From Laetmonice hystrix (taxonomy: Eukaryota), in assembly GCA_965235115.1 (NCBI GenBank), contig OZ249436.1, positions 18,850,001-18,914,000 on the forward strand: a stretch of DNA of 64,000 nucleotides, read 5' to 3'. Below, piece by piece: positions 12,901-26,100 of the stretch (within the stretch, counting starts at the first letter, position 1; each line of letters begins with the position of its first letter). Position numbers and translations under genes: made by a program. Under the pieces are notes generated by a model, which worked only from the letters and a program-made list of their open reading frames with translations, searched no databases and was not told the origin of the DNA.

Positions 12901-15900
12901 CCAGAAACATGCACTCAGACCCCTGCTCCGTCAGAAACATGCACTCAAACCCCGGCTCCGTCAGAGACATGTACTCAGACCCCCGGTCCGTCAGAGACAT
13001 GCACTCAGACCCCCGGTCCGTCAGAGACATGCACTCAGACCCCGGCTCCGTCAGAGACATGCATAGACCCCTGCTCCGTCAGAGACATGCACTCGAACCC
13101 CGGCTCCGTCAGAGACATGTACTCAGACCCCTGCACCATCAGAAACATGCACTCAGACCCCTGCTCCGTCAGAAACATGCACTCAGACCCCCGGTCCGTC
13201 AGAAACATGCACTCATACCCCTGCTCCGTCAGAAACATGCACTCAGACCCCTGCACCGTCAGAAACATGCACTCAGACCCCGGCTCCGTCAGAAACATGC
13301 ACTCAGACCCCTGCTCCGCCAGAAACATGCACTCAGACCCCGGCTCCGTCAGAAACATGCACTCAGACCCCGGCTCCGTCAGAAACATGCACTCAGACCC
13401 CTGCTCCGCCAGAAACATGCACTCAGACCCCTGCACCGTCAGAAACATGCACTCAGACCCCTGCTCCGCCAGAAACATGCACTCAGACCCCTTCTCCGTC
13501 AGAAACATGCACTCAGACCCCTTCTCCGCCAGAAACATGCACTCAGACCCCGGCTCCGTCAGAAACATGCACTCAGACCCCGGCTCCGTCAGAAACATGC
13601 ACTCAGACCCCTTCTCCGCCAGAAACATGCACTCAGACCCCTTCTCCGCCAGAAACATGCACTCAGACCCCGGCTCCGTCAGAAACATGCACTCAGACCC
13701 TGGCTCCGTCAGAAACATGCACTCAGACCCCTGCCGTCCGACCACCTACAACATACACCTGTCGGTACGCGTAGGGATGAGGTGGGGGTGGAGGGTGGGG
13801 GGTGGGTATTAGGGTCGGGTGAGGTGGGGTGCTTAATTACAGCTCACGGCCCTCTCGCATGTTACCTGGCCATTCACGAGTTACGCAAGTCGGCCCGGCT
13901 GCTAACAAAAAGGTTTTTATGGTCTACTGAGATCCACTCCAAGCATACGATACGTGTACCGAGATCGATTGAAAGGTTCCAATCACACCACAGGTGTAGT
14001 CGTACTCGTAATGATCCAAGAACTCGTTCTGTATCGGCCACTCCGACTTGGTGTGAGAAATCGGTTCATGGTAACTTCCCAACGGATTTTTTCGGTAGGG
14101 GTTTAGGGTTATGTTTTTAGGAGGTCTAGCAGGGTTCATACAAGCACGACCTCAGAAATTTCCAGGCCATTTCCAGGCTATTCCAGGCCCCAAAACATCA
14201 AATTCCAGGCCACCATGGGCTGGAATTTCATGTTCAAATAACATTTCACTGGACCAAATTATCAGGCTACCAACCTGAAGTACATGTACATTCTATTATT
14301 TTGGTAGCCGGATATTACTCAGGGCAATTTTATAAATTTCTATTTCAAAAAAGCTGAATTTCAAGGCTTTCCAGGCCTGGAAATAGGTGTTGTCAAATTC
14401 CAGGCTATTCCCGGAATTCCAGGCCATGTGCGAACCCTGTCTAGGGATGGGGGATAGGGGTTAGGGATAAGGTCAGGGCTAGGGATAATGATAGATCTAG
14501 GTCAGGGCTAGGGATAGTCATAGATCTTTACTTCCGCCCCAATTTCGTTACCATGAATTATATACCGGGAAATCCTGGGTTCTGGTCTGTATCCTGGGTT
14601 GAGCTGGTTACACTTTGTGTTCCAGTCTGTGCAGTGGTCAATGGCTTCAGATCGGTTACACTGTCTTCATACAGGTGACTCAACAGTGGATAAGTTCAAC
14701 CACGGGAGTTTGACACATGCATTGGCTGTGTCAGACTCCTGTGGTTCAAACCCAGTAAAACGTGCAATTTCGTTGCGGCTCCAACATGAAGACGAAACCA
14801 AAGCCTCGCGAAGGTGGCATGGTGGTTACTTCGACTGTTTGCCACCAGAGGGCAGCACTACGACTACTGTTGCACACGTGTGTGGTCTGTTTTGACCTCC
14901 ATCAGGTTGGCTATACCAATAAGCAAGGTCTTCTGCTTGGATCTCCAAGCTTTGTGTGTGCCGAGGGCTCTCCTTCGGCCTTCCTGATGTCCACCTGGTG
15001 TTCACTACAGGAAATACTCCGCGGCCATATCTGGGTATGTTTTGTAGCCGGCGGGGGCGGCGTGGGCCTAGTAATGCCTTCTCCAGTAAGCAAGAAAGGT
15101 GAAACTGCTACTTCAGTAGGTGCCCGTGTTGTTCTAACATGAATGCGGTGCCCTTTTGTAACAGGTCAGAATGACGGGCACTCTCAGGTAGGCAGGGGTG
15201 AAGCTGTAGTTTACTCAGTGTGCTTGGTTAGATCCTGTGCGCACTGGGCCACGCAGAGGTCAACGTTTGTGACAAGACCTATATTAGGTACCGCGTGTGT
15301 ATGTCACTAGGATGTTAAACTTAGGCGAGGATCCTGTACATAATCACTGGCAAGGTCGGGACGGTGGCCTTAAACTGGGGGACATCCCTTCCCCTATCAG
15401 TGGCCGGTCTCACAGGGCGTGACGTCACTTAACAGGGGGACCCCTCTCCCTATCAGGGGCCGGTCTCACAGGGCGTGACGTCACATGCCCGGTCATGGCG
15501 TCACATGTGACATCCTTTCTAAAGGGCAGATAAACAGGACTTACTTCATGGACTGTTTCAGAAATCTTACGTTTCCCTGTATGACATAATGAGAAGTCAT
15601 GAGGAAGGCCATTATTAAGTCCTGATTACTGAGTCATGTCCAGCGCTGGGTGGGCTGGCCGCTGGCGCAGGGCCCTGGTTGGGAGGGGGGCTGTCCCGTC
15701 CCGCCCGGCCGGTGCCGGTGTCGCGGTCTGTTTTCTCCGCGGTCTGAAATCTCCGGGAGGTTGGCTGCAGAGTCGTGTGTATTTGTATCGTTCTCGGTAA
15801 ACTATCCGAAATATCAGGTCAGGATTGAGTCTCACGTAATAACCCTTTTCTCCTCCGTCAGTTTTGGTCCATAATTTGCCTCTCCAGGCTGTCGTTTATT

Positions 15901-17148
15901 ACTGTTTGTAAGAAAACTCCACCGCCCATCAGACGACCGGAGGTGTGAGCCCAAACTGCGACACGCGCGTGCTCACCCGGTCTAGGTCGGCCTCTAAACA
16001 ATAGGAAACCATGCGCCCGGAGATTACAGACCGCCGGAGAAAACAGACCGCGACACCGGACTGGCGGCATTTACCACCAGTTGGCACATCTCAGCAATAC
16101 GTAGGCTGTACGATGGCGAGGCGGGCGGTGACTCAGGTAGCAGTGACTTGTAACTCGATACGTAACTACCTGGTTAGTAAGATCCCGCGCGGCTGCTGGA
16201 CAATAGTATAATAACAAAACGTCAGGTGTAACGACCACAGGTAAGCAGTTGTTGTACCAGTTAGTGGACCCCAGTTAATGGGTTCTCATCCTGCCAGCAG
16301 CGCACGCCTCGGCGACTTCAGTGGCTCACCGTGCAGTCTGTTAGGTCATGGACAAACTGGCCTAAAAACAGCTCGGCGGTGGATCTCTAGGGGCAGACCA
16401 TCGGACGGCAGACTTCACACGACAGGTCTATGACGAAGTGAAGTACAACTGTGACGGAGAGAAAGTACAATTGTGACGGAGAGAAAGTACAATTGTGACG
16501 GAGTGAAAGAACTGTGACCAGATAGTATCTGGAGTTGGTCAGACTGCGAGGATACGTTGGAACTGGTACGTAGACTATAGCCCCGTTTACATTACCAAAA
16601 AATAAGGGTGCTCGGTCCGGACCGAGAACGGTACCCCTAAAAAAGTGGCAATGTAAACCTGTCAGTCCGGACCTAAAGTGGACCGGTCCGAGACCCCCAG
16701 TAGGAGGTGATCTCGGTGCGGACCGAGGACGGTACCCCGTCCATAAGTGGCAGTGTAAACGTGTCACACGATCTGTCCTCTAACATATCGTCAAGAGATC
16801 GATGTTTTCCCGCAAAACGATGATGAGCATTTCACATTGGTTTCATTCACTTTGTGTAAAAAAAAAATCTGATTACGGTACCAAAATAACAACGACGCTG
16901 GAAATACCTAATTCTGACACTGTCTCAGGAAATGTCTTTTTAATAGCAGTAACCGGGTGATAACAGTACTACTATAATGGACAATGCCTTGCTTCAGTTG
17001 ACGGTAAGTCACGGGACATACCCCGGGGGTAGCCCTGGGGTTCCACCATTGTGTATGAATTATAAACCTTTCCCGTCCTCTTACTATAAGGGGTGGTTAC
17101 GCCCGTTTCCTGACTGTCACGATGGCCGCCTGCAGACCTCACTGTCCG

Positions 17149-17179
<31 letters not shown>

Positions 17180-20100
17180 ACACTGCCCAGGGGTAGACGG
17201 GATCCAGGGCCAGGCTGCATGGGACGGCCTGACTCGGGGCGGTCCACTGACGGAAGCTGGACCAGCTGGACCAGGCTGAGGGTACGTATAGCATGGGACG
17301 GCCTGACTCAGCGCAGTCCACTGACAGAAGCTGGACCAGGCTGAGGGTACGTATAGCATGGGACGGCCTGACCCGGGGCGGTCCACTGACAGAAGCTGGA
17401 CCAGCTGGACCAGGCTGAGGATACGTACGGTTGGGCAACAGGTAGGAGCTACCTGGATTAACGAGGGCTCGGCTAGGACAGGTGAGACCACCTGGCAGTA
17501 ATCCTAACAGATTAAAAGGGACCTGCCACTCATAAATGCCTTTAATCTGACACCTGCTGGGAGCACACCTGGGCAGGGTGGAAGTACTGTTAAAGGTATG
17601 CCATACACCTGAGCAGGTTCGGCGGGGGTGCTGCTGGAGGTGTGCCGTGCCGGGAATAATGTTTTATTCCTCCAATGTACACACCTCCGGTTGGGTGCTA
17701 CTAGGCGGACAGAGATATATTGGAGATAAGAGTTGACTATTTTCAGGTTATCTGCCGGCAGGGTGTATTTTGTGTGAGATTTGGTTATCAAACTGGCAAT
17801 GACCTAATTAGGCTTGGAGTGGATTATTAGTGCATCTTGTTAATTTGAATTAATTGCAACCTCGTTTTAGGCTGGGAGTGGACCGTCAGGTTTGACATTC
17901 GATTATCCTCCAAGGTACACACGTCACCTGCTGAGAGCTGGAGACACTATAGCAGTGTCAGAACCCTGATTTTTATGACGTCACGACCCCCACCGGGAAC
18001 CTCTCACAGAAGGCGGGTGCAACCCGTGCACAGTAGAGATAAGAGTCCCTATCTCCCCTAAAAGAAGTCACACATCCATCTAGGTGTCTGTGGGGGCTGT
18101 GCTACCGGTACACATACCTCATCATCCCAGGGACCGAGGTAGGTTGGTGGGTGACATGTCCCGACTTGTCCGGGAGGGACGGGCAAGGGGAGGGAGTCAG
18201 CCGGCGTGGAAAAAGGGGATCAGTCTGCGTGTAACTGGGGCTCAGTTTTCAAGTTAACCGGTGTCTGCATGAAAATGGGTCCAAGTCTGCATGTAAACTG
18301 TGTTAAGGTAAGTTGTTAACGGGGGGCTTTTATTAGTACTACGTACATCATATGAACATATGACAGCTACAGCAATTAAAGAATGTAGTGTATCATAGAA
18401 GCGCTGCAGTACACGTGTATCACTGAAATAGTTAGTCAGTGTAAGATACCGCAAATCAGTGTAGAATATTGTGTATACCGACAGCCAGTGTAGAATATTG
18501 TATATACCGGTAGTCAGTGTAGATACCATGCTATACCAGTACACTAAGTTTCACATTGCAGCACTCATCGCTTACATCATGAAAGTGTTTTTTTTTTTTA
18601 CAAAATGTACATGAACCACACCGGCATAGCGTGATGTCAGCTGGTATCTGGCTGGGTTCTACATGTATTTGGGGGAGGATGGATCATTCTGTTAGGGTAA
18701 TTAGTGGAGGTAATGTATGAAACATCCTGGCTGAAGGTGAAACCGCATGACCTCATATGTGGATCCCATTAGGGGCCGTTCAAAAATTACCTAACGCGCG
18801 GGGGTGGGGGTGGGTTATGTCCAAACGTTACGGACAGTGCTGAAGTACCATTGCAGAGCGTTATGGGGGGTGGGGTGGGGGTTCAGATTTGGCCCAAAAT
18901 AGCGTTACGTAATTTTTGAACGGCCCCTTAAAGGTGCTATTCGTGGGGAAAAGTTCAATTCTTTTATTTTTAATTTTGTTGACGTTTATGTGATCCCACC
19001 TATCATTGATATAGATTCACAACTAAGGAAATCAAAATTTTTCATGGATAACGGCACCAGTAGGGCTATCTCAGAAGGGCTGTGAAGACCCTGACACGCC
19101 CCCTAGACTCGACCACGGGAGATGGCGAGATAGGTTTCAAATGCTGCACACAGACTAATAGAAGGTTCATCAGGCCAATGGTATCGGTAGGAATTTGTTC
19201 TAGTGGTATGTGCATAATGTATGATAGGAGAAATGCCATTCTGAGCGAGACGAATAGCACCTTTAAGACCTAACTTGAGTGAAGTACCATGGCCTTGGTA
19301 GGGTGTAATACGGTGTGTACGATGTTGATAGGGTATCATGATACGGTATGTACGATGTTGATAGGGCATCATGGTACTTTCTTTCTTGATCGTAGGGTAT
19401 ACGATATGGACGATCTTGATAGGGTATCACTATTCAGCATGTATGATCTTGATAGTGTATCATAATATACGGTATGTTAATGAGTTTAAGAATTGACACC
19501 CACAGATCCTGTAACCGGTCATGTGACCCATCAAACCGGAAGTACTTCCGACAGGAAAACGCCACTTCTCTTTAAGTTTCTCACTGAGGAACTCGGTTCG
19601 CATTAAACACGTTTCGCTAAAAGAAAAGTCACCCTCTTTCCTGTCACGCAACATCGGCATTCTCTTCCCCTACTGGTTGTTTGATCAAGGGGCCGTGTCA
19701 TAAACTAGCTTAAATCTCCACAGAAAATACATAAGAACTTAGATACTGAAGGTTATGACACGCCCCCCTACAGATGAGGTACATGACATTCTCTGTTGAC
19801 CTTCCTCCTGTGTGTATCATTGTAAACCTGCTGCACCACAGCCGCCTTGCGAATGGAGACATGGAAATCTCTTTTTATCCTCCCCGCTGGTATTCAGGCA
19901 AAAAACAAGCATACCGACCGTATTTAAAGAAAGAAAATAAATTGTTAAGGCGCCGTTAGTTAAAAACGGTTCCACCAGAACCCTGCCATAGGTAAGCCCT
20001 CCACGCATTAGCTATAACTCTCATTGTATATCTAGAGCTGGGCTGGCGTTAAAAGCATAACTAGCATACCTGATTCAGTGACTGGGCCTCCGGGGTAGAC

Positions 20101-23100
20101 CCCCCCCCCATCCCCCATACAAAAAAAGGCCAACCACTTGCATCTCCAATTAACAGAGATAGTACAGGACAGTTCTTCATGGTCTAGACCCGTGTGTCAT
20201 AGAAATGTACTGATGCACAAAAAGGGGGCCAGGCCAGTCAGGCCCCGGCTGACATCTTCACGCTGGCAGTCTCCCGCTGTGAGTGGATCACGATGACCTA
20301 CTTACAACGGGCACGTGCTTGCCCTCCGCCCGGGCCGTCAATGTACCGGGGAGACGAGACCTTCTACCAGCTAGAGTAGACAACTCTAGCGGGCTCTCAC
20401 CTCCCGTCAACTCTGTCCGTACCCAGGGTGTAGAACACAGCCGGGGCAGTGTAGATCTGGCACACCTGTCTACCCTGGTCTACACAGGTACAGGCTCATC
20501 TTACATCAAAGTGCCAGTAAAGGTATGTAAGCCATGAACGTAAGATGCTGCGCCGCTACATACTTATGATATCCCGACTACATGATGACGAGATTCATAT
20601 ACAGTGTACGAGGATATTCGCGTGCCATGGACAAAAAAAAACACGATGTAGTTGTACTTCTCATTGCGGAAAATTGTTCTTCCAGCCGTAAGGCCTACGT
20701 ATTGCCCGTTAATCATCAGACTTCACCAAATGCAGTTCAGCGGGGATCCAGGATTTTGATAAGGGGTGGGGGGCACCTAAAAAGATTTTAGCCTCGTTAC
20801 ACTCGGCATGATTTGATTGCGACTGTACGGTACTAATGCATCGTCATAAAAAAAAGAGGAAAATCTAAGGGGGCTGGACCCCGGGCCAGGGCCTCCCTGG
20901 ATCCCCCACTGCAGTTCCAAAGATGACAATGTACCCACCAAAAAAGTCTGAATGTGAATGGTCGCTGACAGCATGTGTATAGACATGGTCATTGAGACCT
21001 ACATATTATATTCTTAATGGTCACTGACAGCATAATGTAGACATGGTCATTGAGACCTACATATTATATTCTTAATGGTCACTGACAGCATATGTAGACA
21101 TGGTTATTGAGACATACGTATTATATTCTTAATGGTAACTGACAGCATATGTAGACATGGTTATTGAGACATACATATTATATTCTTAATGGTCACTGAC
21201 AGCATATGTAGACATGGTTATTGAGACATACGTATTATATTCTTAATGGTCACTGACAGCTTATATATAGACATGGTCATTGAGACCTACGTATTATATT
21301 CTGAATGGTCGCTCACAGCATATTTTTTTCCAGTCGTTTATTTATACTGGACATTACAATTTATAATACGTAGACATGTATGATGAGGGATATGTAGACA
21401 TGGTCATTGAGACCTACATATTATATTCTGAATGGTCACTGACAGCATATATAGACATGGTCATATTCTGAATGGTCACTGACAGCATATATAGACATGG
21501 TCATTGAGACCTACATATTATACTCAAGGTTGAAGTTTCAGTGTGTTCTGTTGAGAGGCCAGTAACATGGGCCATATATTGATGCGAGGAGTTGATGGTA
21601 GGTGGCACCACTGTCCACACCCGCCGTCCTTACTGACCGCTAGGGACCGTTTCACTAAACACTGGTATTTTACGAACTCGTATTTCGCAAAATGTATGAG
21701 ATTTGTTCCGGCCGGCCCATGGCGACCCACTATTCCTAGTAGTAGCAAGCCCCAAACCTTACAATAACCGCCAGACCTCTACAGTCGGCGACAGACAGGA
21801 CACATAAAGACTGTACAGAGTGCTGGCCCATGGCGACCCACTATTCCTAGTAGTAGCAAGCCCCAAACTTTACAATAACCCCCAGACCTCTACAGTCGGC
21901 GACAGACAGGACACATAAAGACTGTACAGAGTGCTGGCCCATGGCGACCCACTATTCCTAGTAGTAGCAAGCCCCAAACCTTACAATAACCCCCAGACCT
22001 CTACAGTCGGCGACAGACAGGACACATAAAGACTTTACAGAGTACAATAACCGCCAGACCTCTACAGTCGGCGACAGACAGGACACATAAAGAGTGTACA
22101 GAGTGCTGGCCCATGGCGACCCACTATTTCTAGTAGTAGCAAGCCCCAAACCTTACAATAACCGCCAGACCTCTACAGTCGGCGACAGACAGGACACATA
22201 AAGACTGTACAGAGTGCCGACCCATGGCGACCCACTATTCCTAGTAGTAGCAAGCCCCAAACCTTACAATAACCCCCAGACCTCTACAGTCGGCGACAGA
22301 CAGGACACATAAAGACTGTACAGAGTGCCGGCCCATGGCGACCCACTATTCCTAGTAGTAGCAAGCCCCAAACCTTACAATAACCCCCAGACCTCTACAG
22401 TCGGCGACAGACAGGACACATAAAGACTGTACAGAGTGCCGGCCCATGGCGACCCACTGCCACTCGGGGAGGTGGGGGTGGGTTGGGTCTGCTGTGGGGG
22501 CGGGGGGGGGGCACAGATGTCCCTGATGAGTACCGAGGGCTGCACGGCTGGAGTACTCCAAGTTCATTCCCCCACTCCTCCCTGGCATACCTCCCCCACT
22601 TCAATCTGACCTAGATACGGAGAACGCTACTGGAGCAGCTGGCCGGGTGGGTCAGGCCGAATGAATGGTCGGCGGGCGGGTTAGTGTTGGACTCCAGGTG
22701 GACCTGATCGTGACGCCGAGCAACCCACAACCAGACACACCAACTCTCTCTGAGCAGAGGGCGGACTTTGGCTGATTTGCAGACCTCGAAGGTTGTAGGG
22801 ATCAGCTCTACCGGAAGGGTGGAATGCCAAAAGTCGCTCTTCGTGCGGAGTGATTGCAGTCTGAGTGTCCACTCGAACAGTCCCGGTCACCCGCCCGGTG
22901 AGGGTCTGGATGATCAAGACTGCCACTCGAAGGACTCCCCAACACAATGGCCCCTCTACCCTACTCGGCCTGCTCCTCGACACCCCAACCCTCCCGACTG
23001 GAACCCCAGCCATGTCGTCAACACAGAACGCGACACAGGTCATATCTGTCAACACTTTCACACATTCCAAAGACAACCGAAAAAAGAAGTTTCCGGTCAC

Positions 23101-26100
23101 GTGACCCAACCCAGAAAATGGCGCCGACCATCTATTATCTCCTGCAGTTTTCCCTTTGAAGTTATGCCACTAATAACATTCATGAAGTCAAACGTAACAA
23201 AGCCAAAAACAAATTTCAAGGAGAACGTAAGCAATGCTATGACCTATGTGCACATGTCTGAAAATAATCTTTAAAAGTAAAATCAGGGTGTAAAAAAGGG
23301 ACGAGAGAAATAATCCGACATTAACGACATCCAGATTGTTAGTTCGAGTGGAAGTAGTAAGTACTGAGACCGCACAACATGAATACCTGGGGAAGTATTC
23401 TCTGTATCCCCCTCTATAAGAACACTGCTCCTTGTTTTCTGATCGGTGACCTCCGGGGTCACGACCTTTGACCTCAATACCTGTCACCAGCTGTGTCAGC
23501 CGTGACAGTGACAGGCCACGGCCGATGCCACACGCTTCACAATGCCACACAGTTCTGGTCACCAACTGCCACATGCCACAGAACATCAGCCGCGGTTTTT
23601 CCTATCAAGTAGCAGACGACTTTGAAGTGCCCATTTTGAGAAAAAAGAAAAAGAAACGCCAGCCGTGAACGTCTATCTTGGAGCGGGAAGCGTGCCACCT
23701 TAGCTTAGGCCTTCACAGCATTTTATGAGGTCTAACGAACATCTGGCTGGTAATAGCTTAATTACAAAAAAATCAAAATAACTACACAATTAGCAAAAGA
23801 ACAGATGCCCCTCGTCCCCAGCACATACCCCTGGTTTTCTATCAATGGAAGTTATGGGGAATGACTCTTGGTGTGGTCTGTGAAAGAAGCAACAATCTGC
23901 ACTATGTAGATCTGATCCCGCTGATGGCTTCCTAAAGTTTGATTACGCGAGTAGGTTTTCCATTTCCCTCCTTGAGAATAAACCGGTGAACTTTTCTCCC
24001 CCGCACGACAACTTGTACCTGTAACGCTGTAACAGAGCCAGCCATAACTAGGAGATGAGTGATTGTAAGGATGTCTGAAGGCGGTGTACGTGTGTGGGTA
24101 GTGCGAGCGCTGCTTCCGTACGCCGGGTCGGTGAGAAAGATAGCGCCCCAATCTACTGTCTGATGACACACGCGCATCCTGCAGTATGTGCAAGGAGGAG
24201 AAAAGAGGTGGATAATCTGGCCCTCTCAGTCAGTCAGTCATTCAGTCGCCAGTCGGTCAGTCAGTGGGACTGTTCGTTCACAAGCCAGTCACTGAGCATG
24301 TGGTAGCTCGGACGATAGCATTGCCCTGTCTTATTAGTGACTGACCAGCCTGGAGGTCTGCCCGCCGGCTGTCTACCGGTCACAGCCCGCCTGTCTGCCG
24401 GTCACCGCCTACGGTCACAGATCGTCTCTCTCACCGCTGTCGGGGGGAGGGTGTGGGGGAGGATGCCAGGAACCTTCACTCCACCATCCACTCACTGACT
24501 CCTAGCATCCCACTCACTGGAGCTGCCCAGCCTGGCACACAGCCGTCTGTCACAAAGCTCCTTCAATCACTCAGACGAGGGGCAGAGTTTTTTTTACCCC
24601 TGCGTTTCCCGTGGTTCAAGTTACCCCCTAGGGCACGGGGTAGGTACTGTGTGACCATTGGGTTTTACCGTTAGGACTATAGGGGAGTGGGGACCTACGG
24701 TTTTGAACGTCTCCCGGTGGTAACGGACCCTGGCCGCCGGGGCTGACACCGGCCCCAGCCCGGACCCCGCCCGTCTTCAGCGATCGCCGGCCGGGCACGC
24801 CCGCTGACACCGGGGATTCCCCAAGACAATGCCGGGCTGCTGCCCTGCTCCGGGCTGCTGCCCTGCTCCCTGCACCACGCTCTCCGAGCACGGGGACACC
24901 ACGCCCGCCTGCCCAGTGCTCACTCCTCCTGCTCATGCATTCCTTCCCCACCCCGGGCCCCGCCAGCCGGGTGCTTTTTCTCTCATCACCAGCCAGTCGT
25001 GTTCAGATCGCAGGAAGCAGGATTTACCAGTGGCACTATGACCCAGGAAGTTCTGTTAACCTCAATGATACTGTACTCCGGAAAGTTGTGGCACTCTCAG
25101 TGACCCATCCTGCTCTGTTGGAGGTGAACCATTGAACCAGTGACCCTCTGCTCCGGGAAGTCGTGTCAATCTGTCTCAGCATACCTCCGTGAAACCGTTA
25201 CACCAGCAAAGTCAGCCTCAGGGTCACCGTGCTTTGGGAGGCAGTGGTAACTTGGATGTGCTTCGAAAAGTAGGGTTCATCTCAGCGACATTGTGCTTCA
25301 GGAAGGGCTAGCTACAGTATGACTTTAGTTTGGGAAACATTGCTACCTCCTCTACACCCTTGGATTACATAGTGGTACCAGACATTATACATAGGAATAT
25401 TTGATATTACGTCAACTTTGAATGACGGTGTTGTGTGAGAAACTGTGCTACATCCAATGAACCATAGGATTACGTTATGTCACGCCAACCTAGAATGACA
25501 ATGTGGTGTGAAAAATTGTGATGCGGCTTTGTACTGAATGACCCCGGGCCCCCCAGGATGACCCGAATTCCCCCTGCCCTGACCATGTCGCCTTGTAACC
25601 ACTCCGGCGTGACGAGTAAGATAATCCGGCTTGTTGCCATGGCAATAACCTGTATCTTACTCCCTGTGTCTTTTTCCAGAGCCGCCTCAATCGCTACCTC
25701 CGAAGATGTGAATACCGGAAGTGACGTCACGCAGGCCGTCCTTGACTACCGTCATCATGGTAACCATGACAACGCGGCCTCGTCTCCAGCGAGCGTGACG
25801 ACGAACGTGGGCCGGTTCCACATCACCTGGCACCAGTACATCGGGCCCGGCTCCGGCCCAGCACCATCCACAGCGCCATCTGGCGTCACGACTGGAGCGC
25901 CATCATCGGGCGACGACATCACGACTGATCCTGACCTGGGCCCGATCGACGTGGTCCACTCAATCCAGGTGGCAGCACCAGCGGCAGTGTTAGGACCTCC
26001 GAGCTTGGACCACCAGACGACGACGACCACCACCACCACCGCCACCACCACCCAAACCGACGCGGCTCCACCAACCTCACCTGTGGATTTACCTGGACAG

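Noticed and set aside
12085..14120. Long ORFs of 235-546 aa on both strands
   Set aside because: They result from a stop-free 30-bp minisatellite open in several frames; no splice or codon evidence.
11066..15150. Protein-like minus-strand fragments (e.g. [16 protein letters not shown]..., [14 protein letters not shown]...)
   Set aside because: Short, interrupted by stops, and could not be linked into a gene or assigned to a family.
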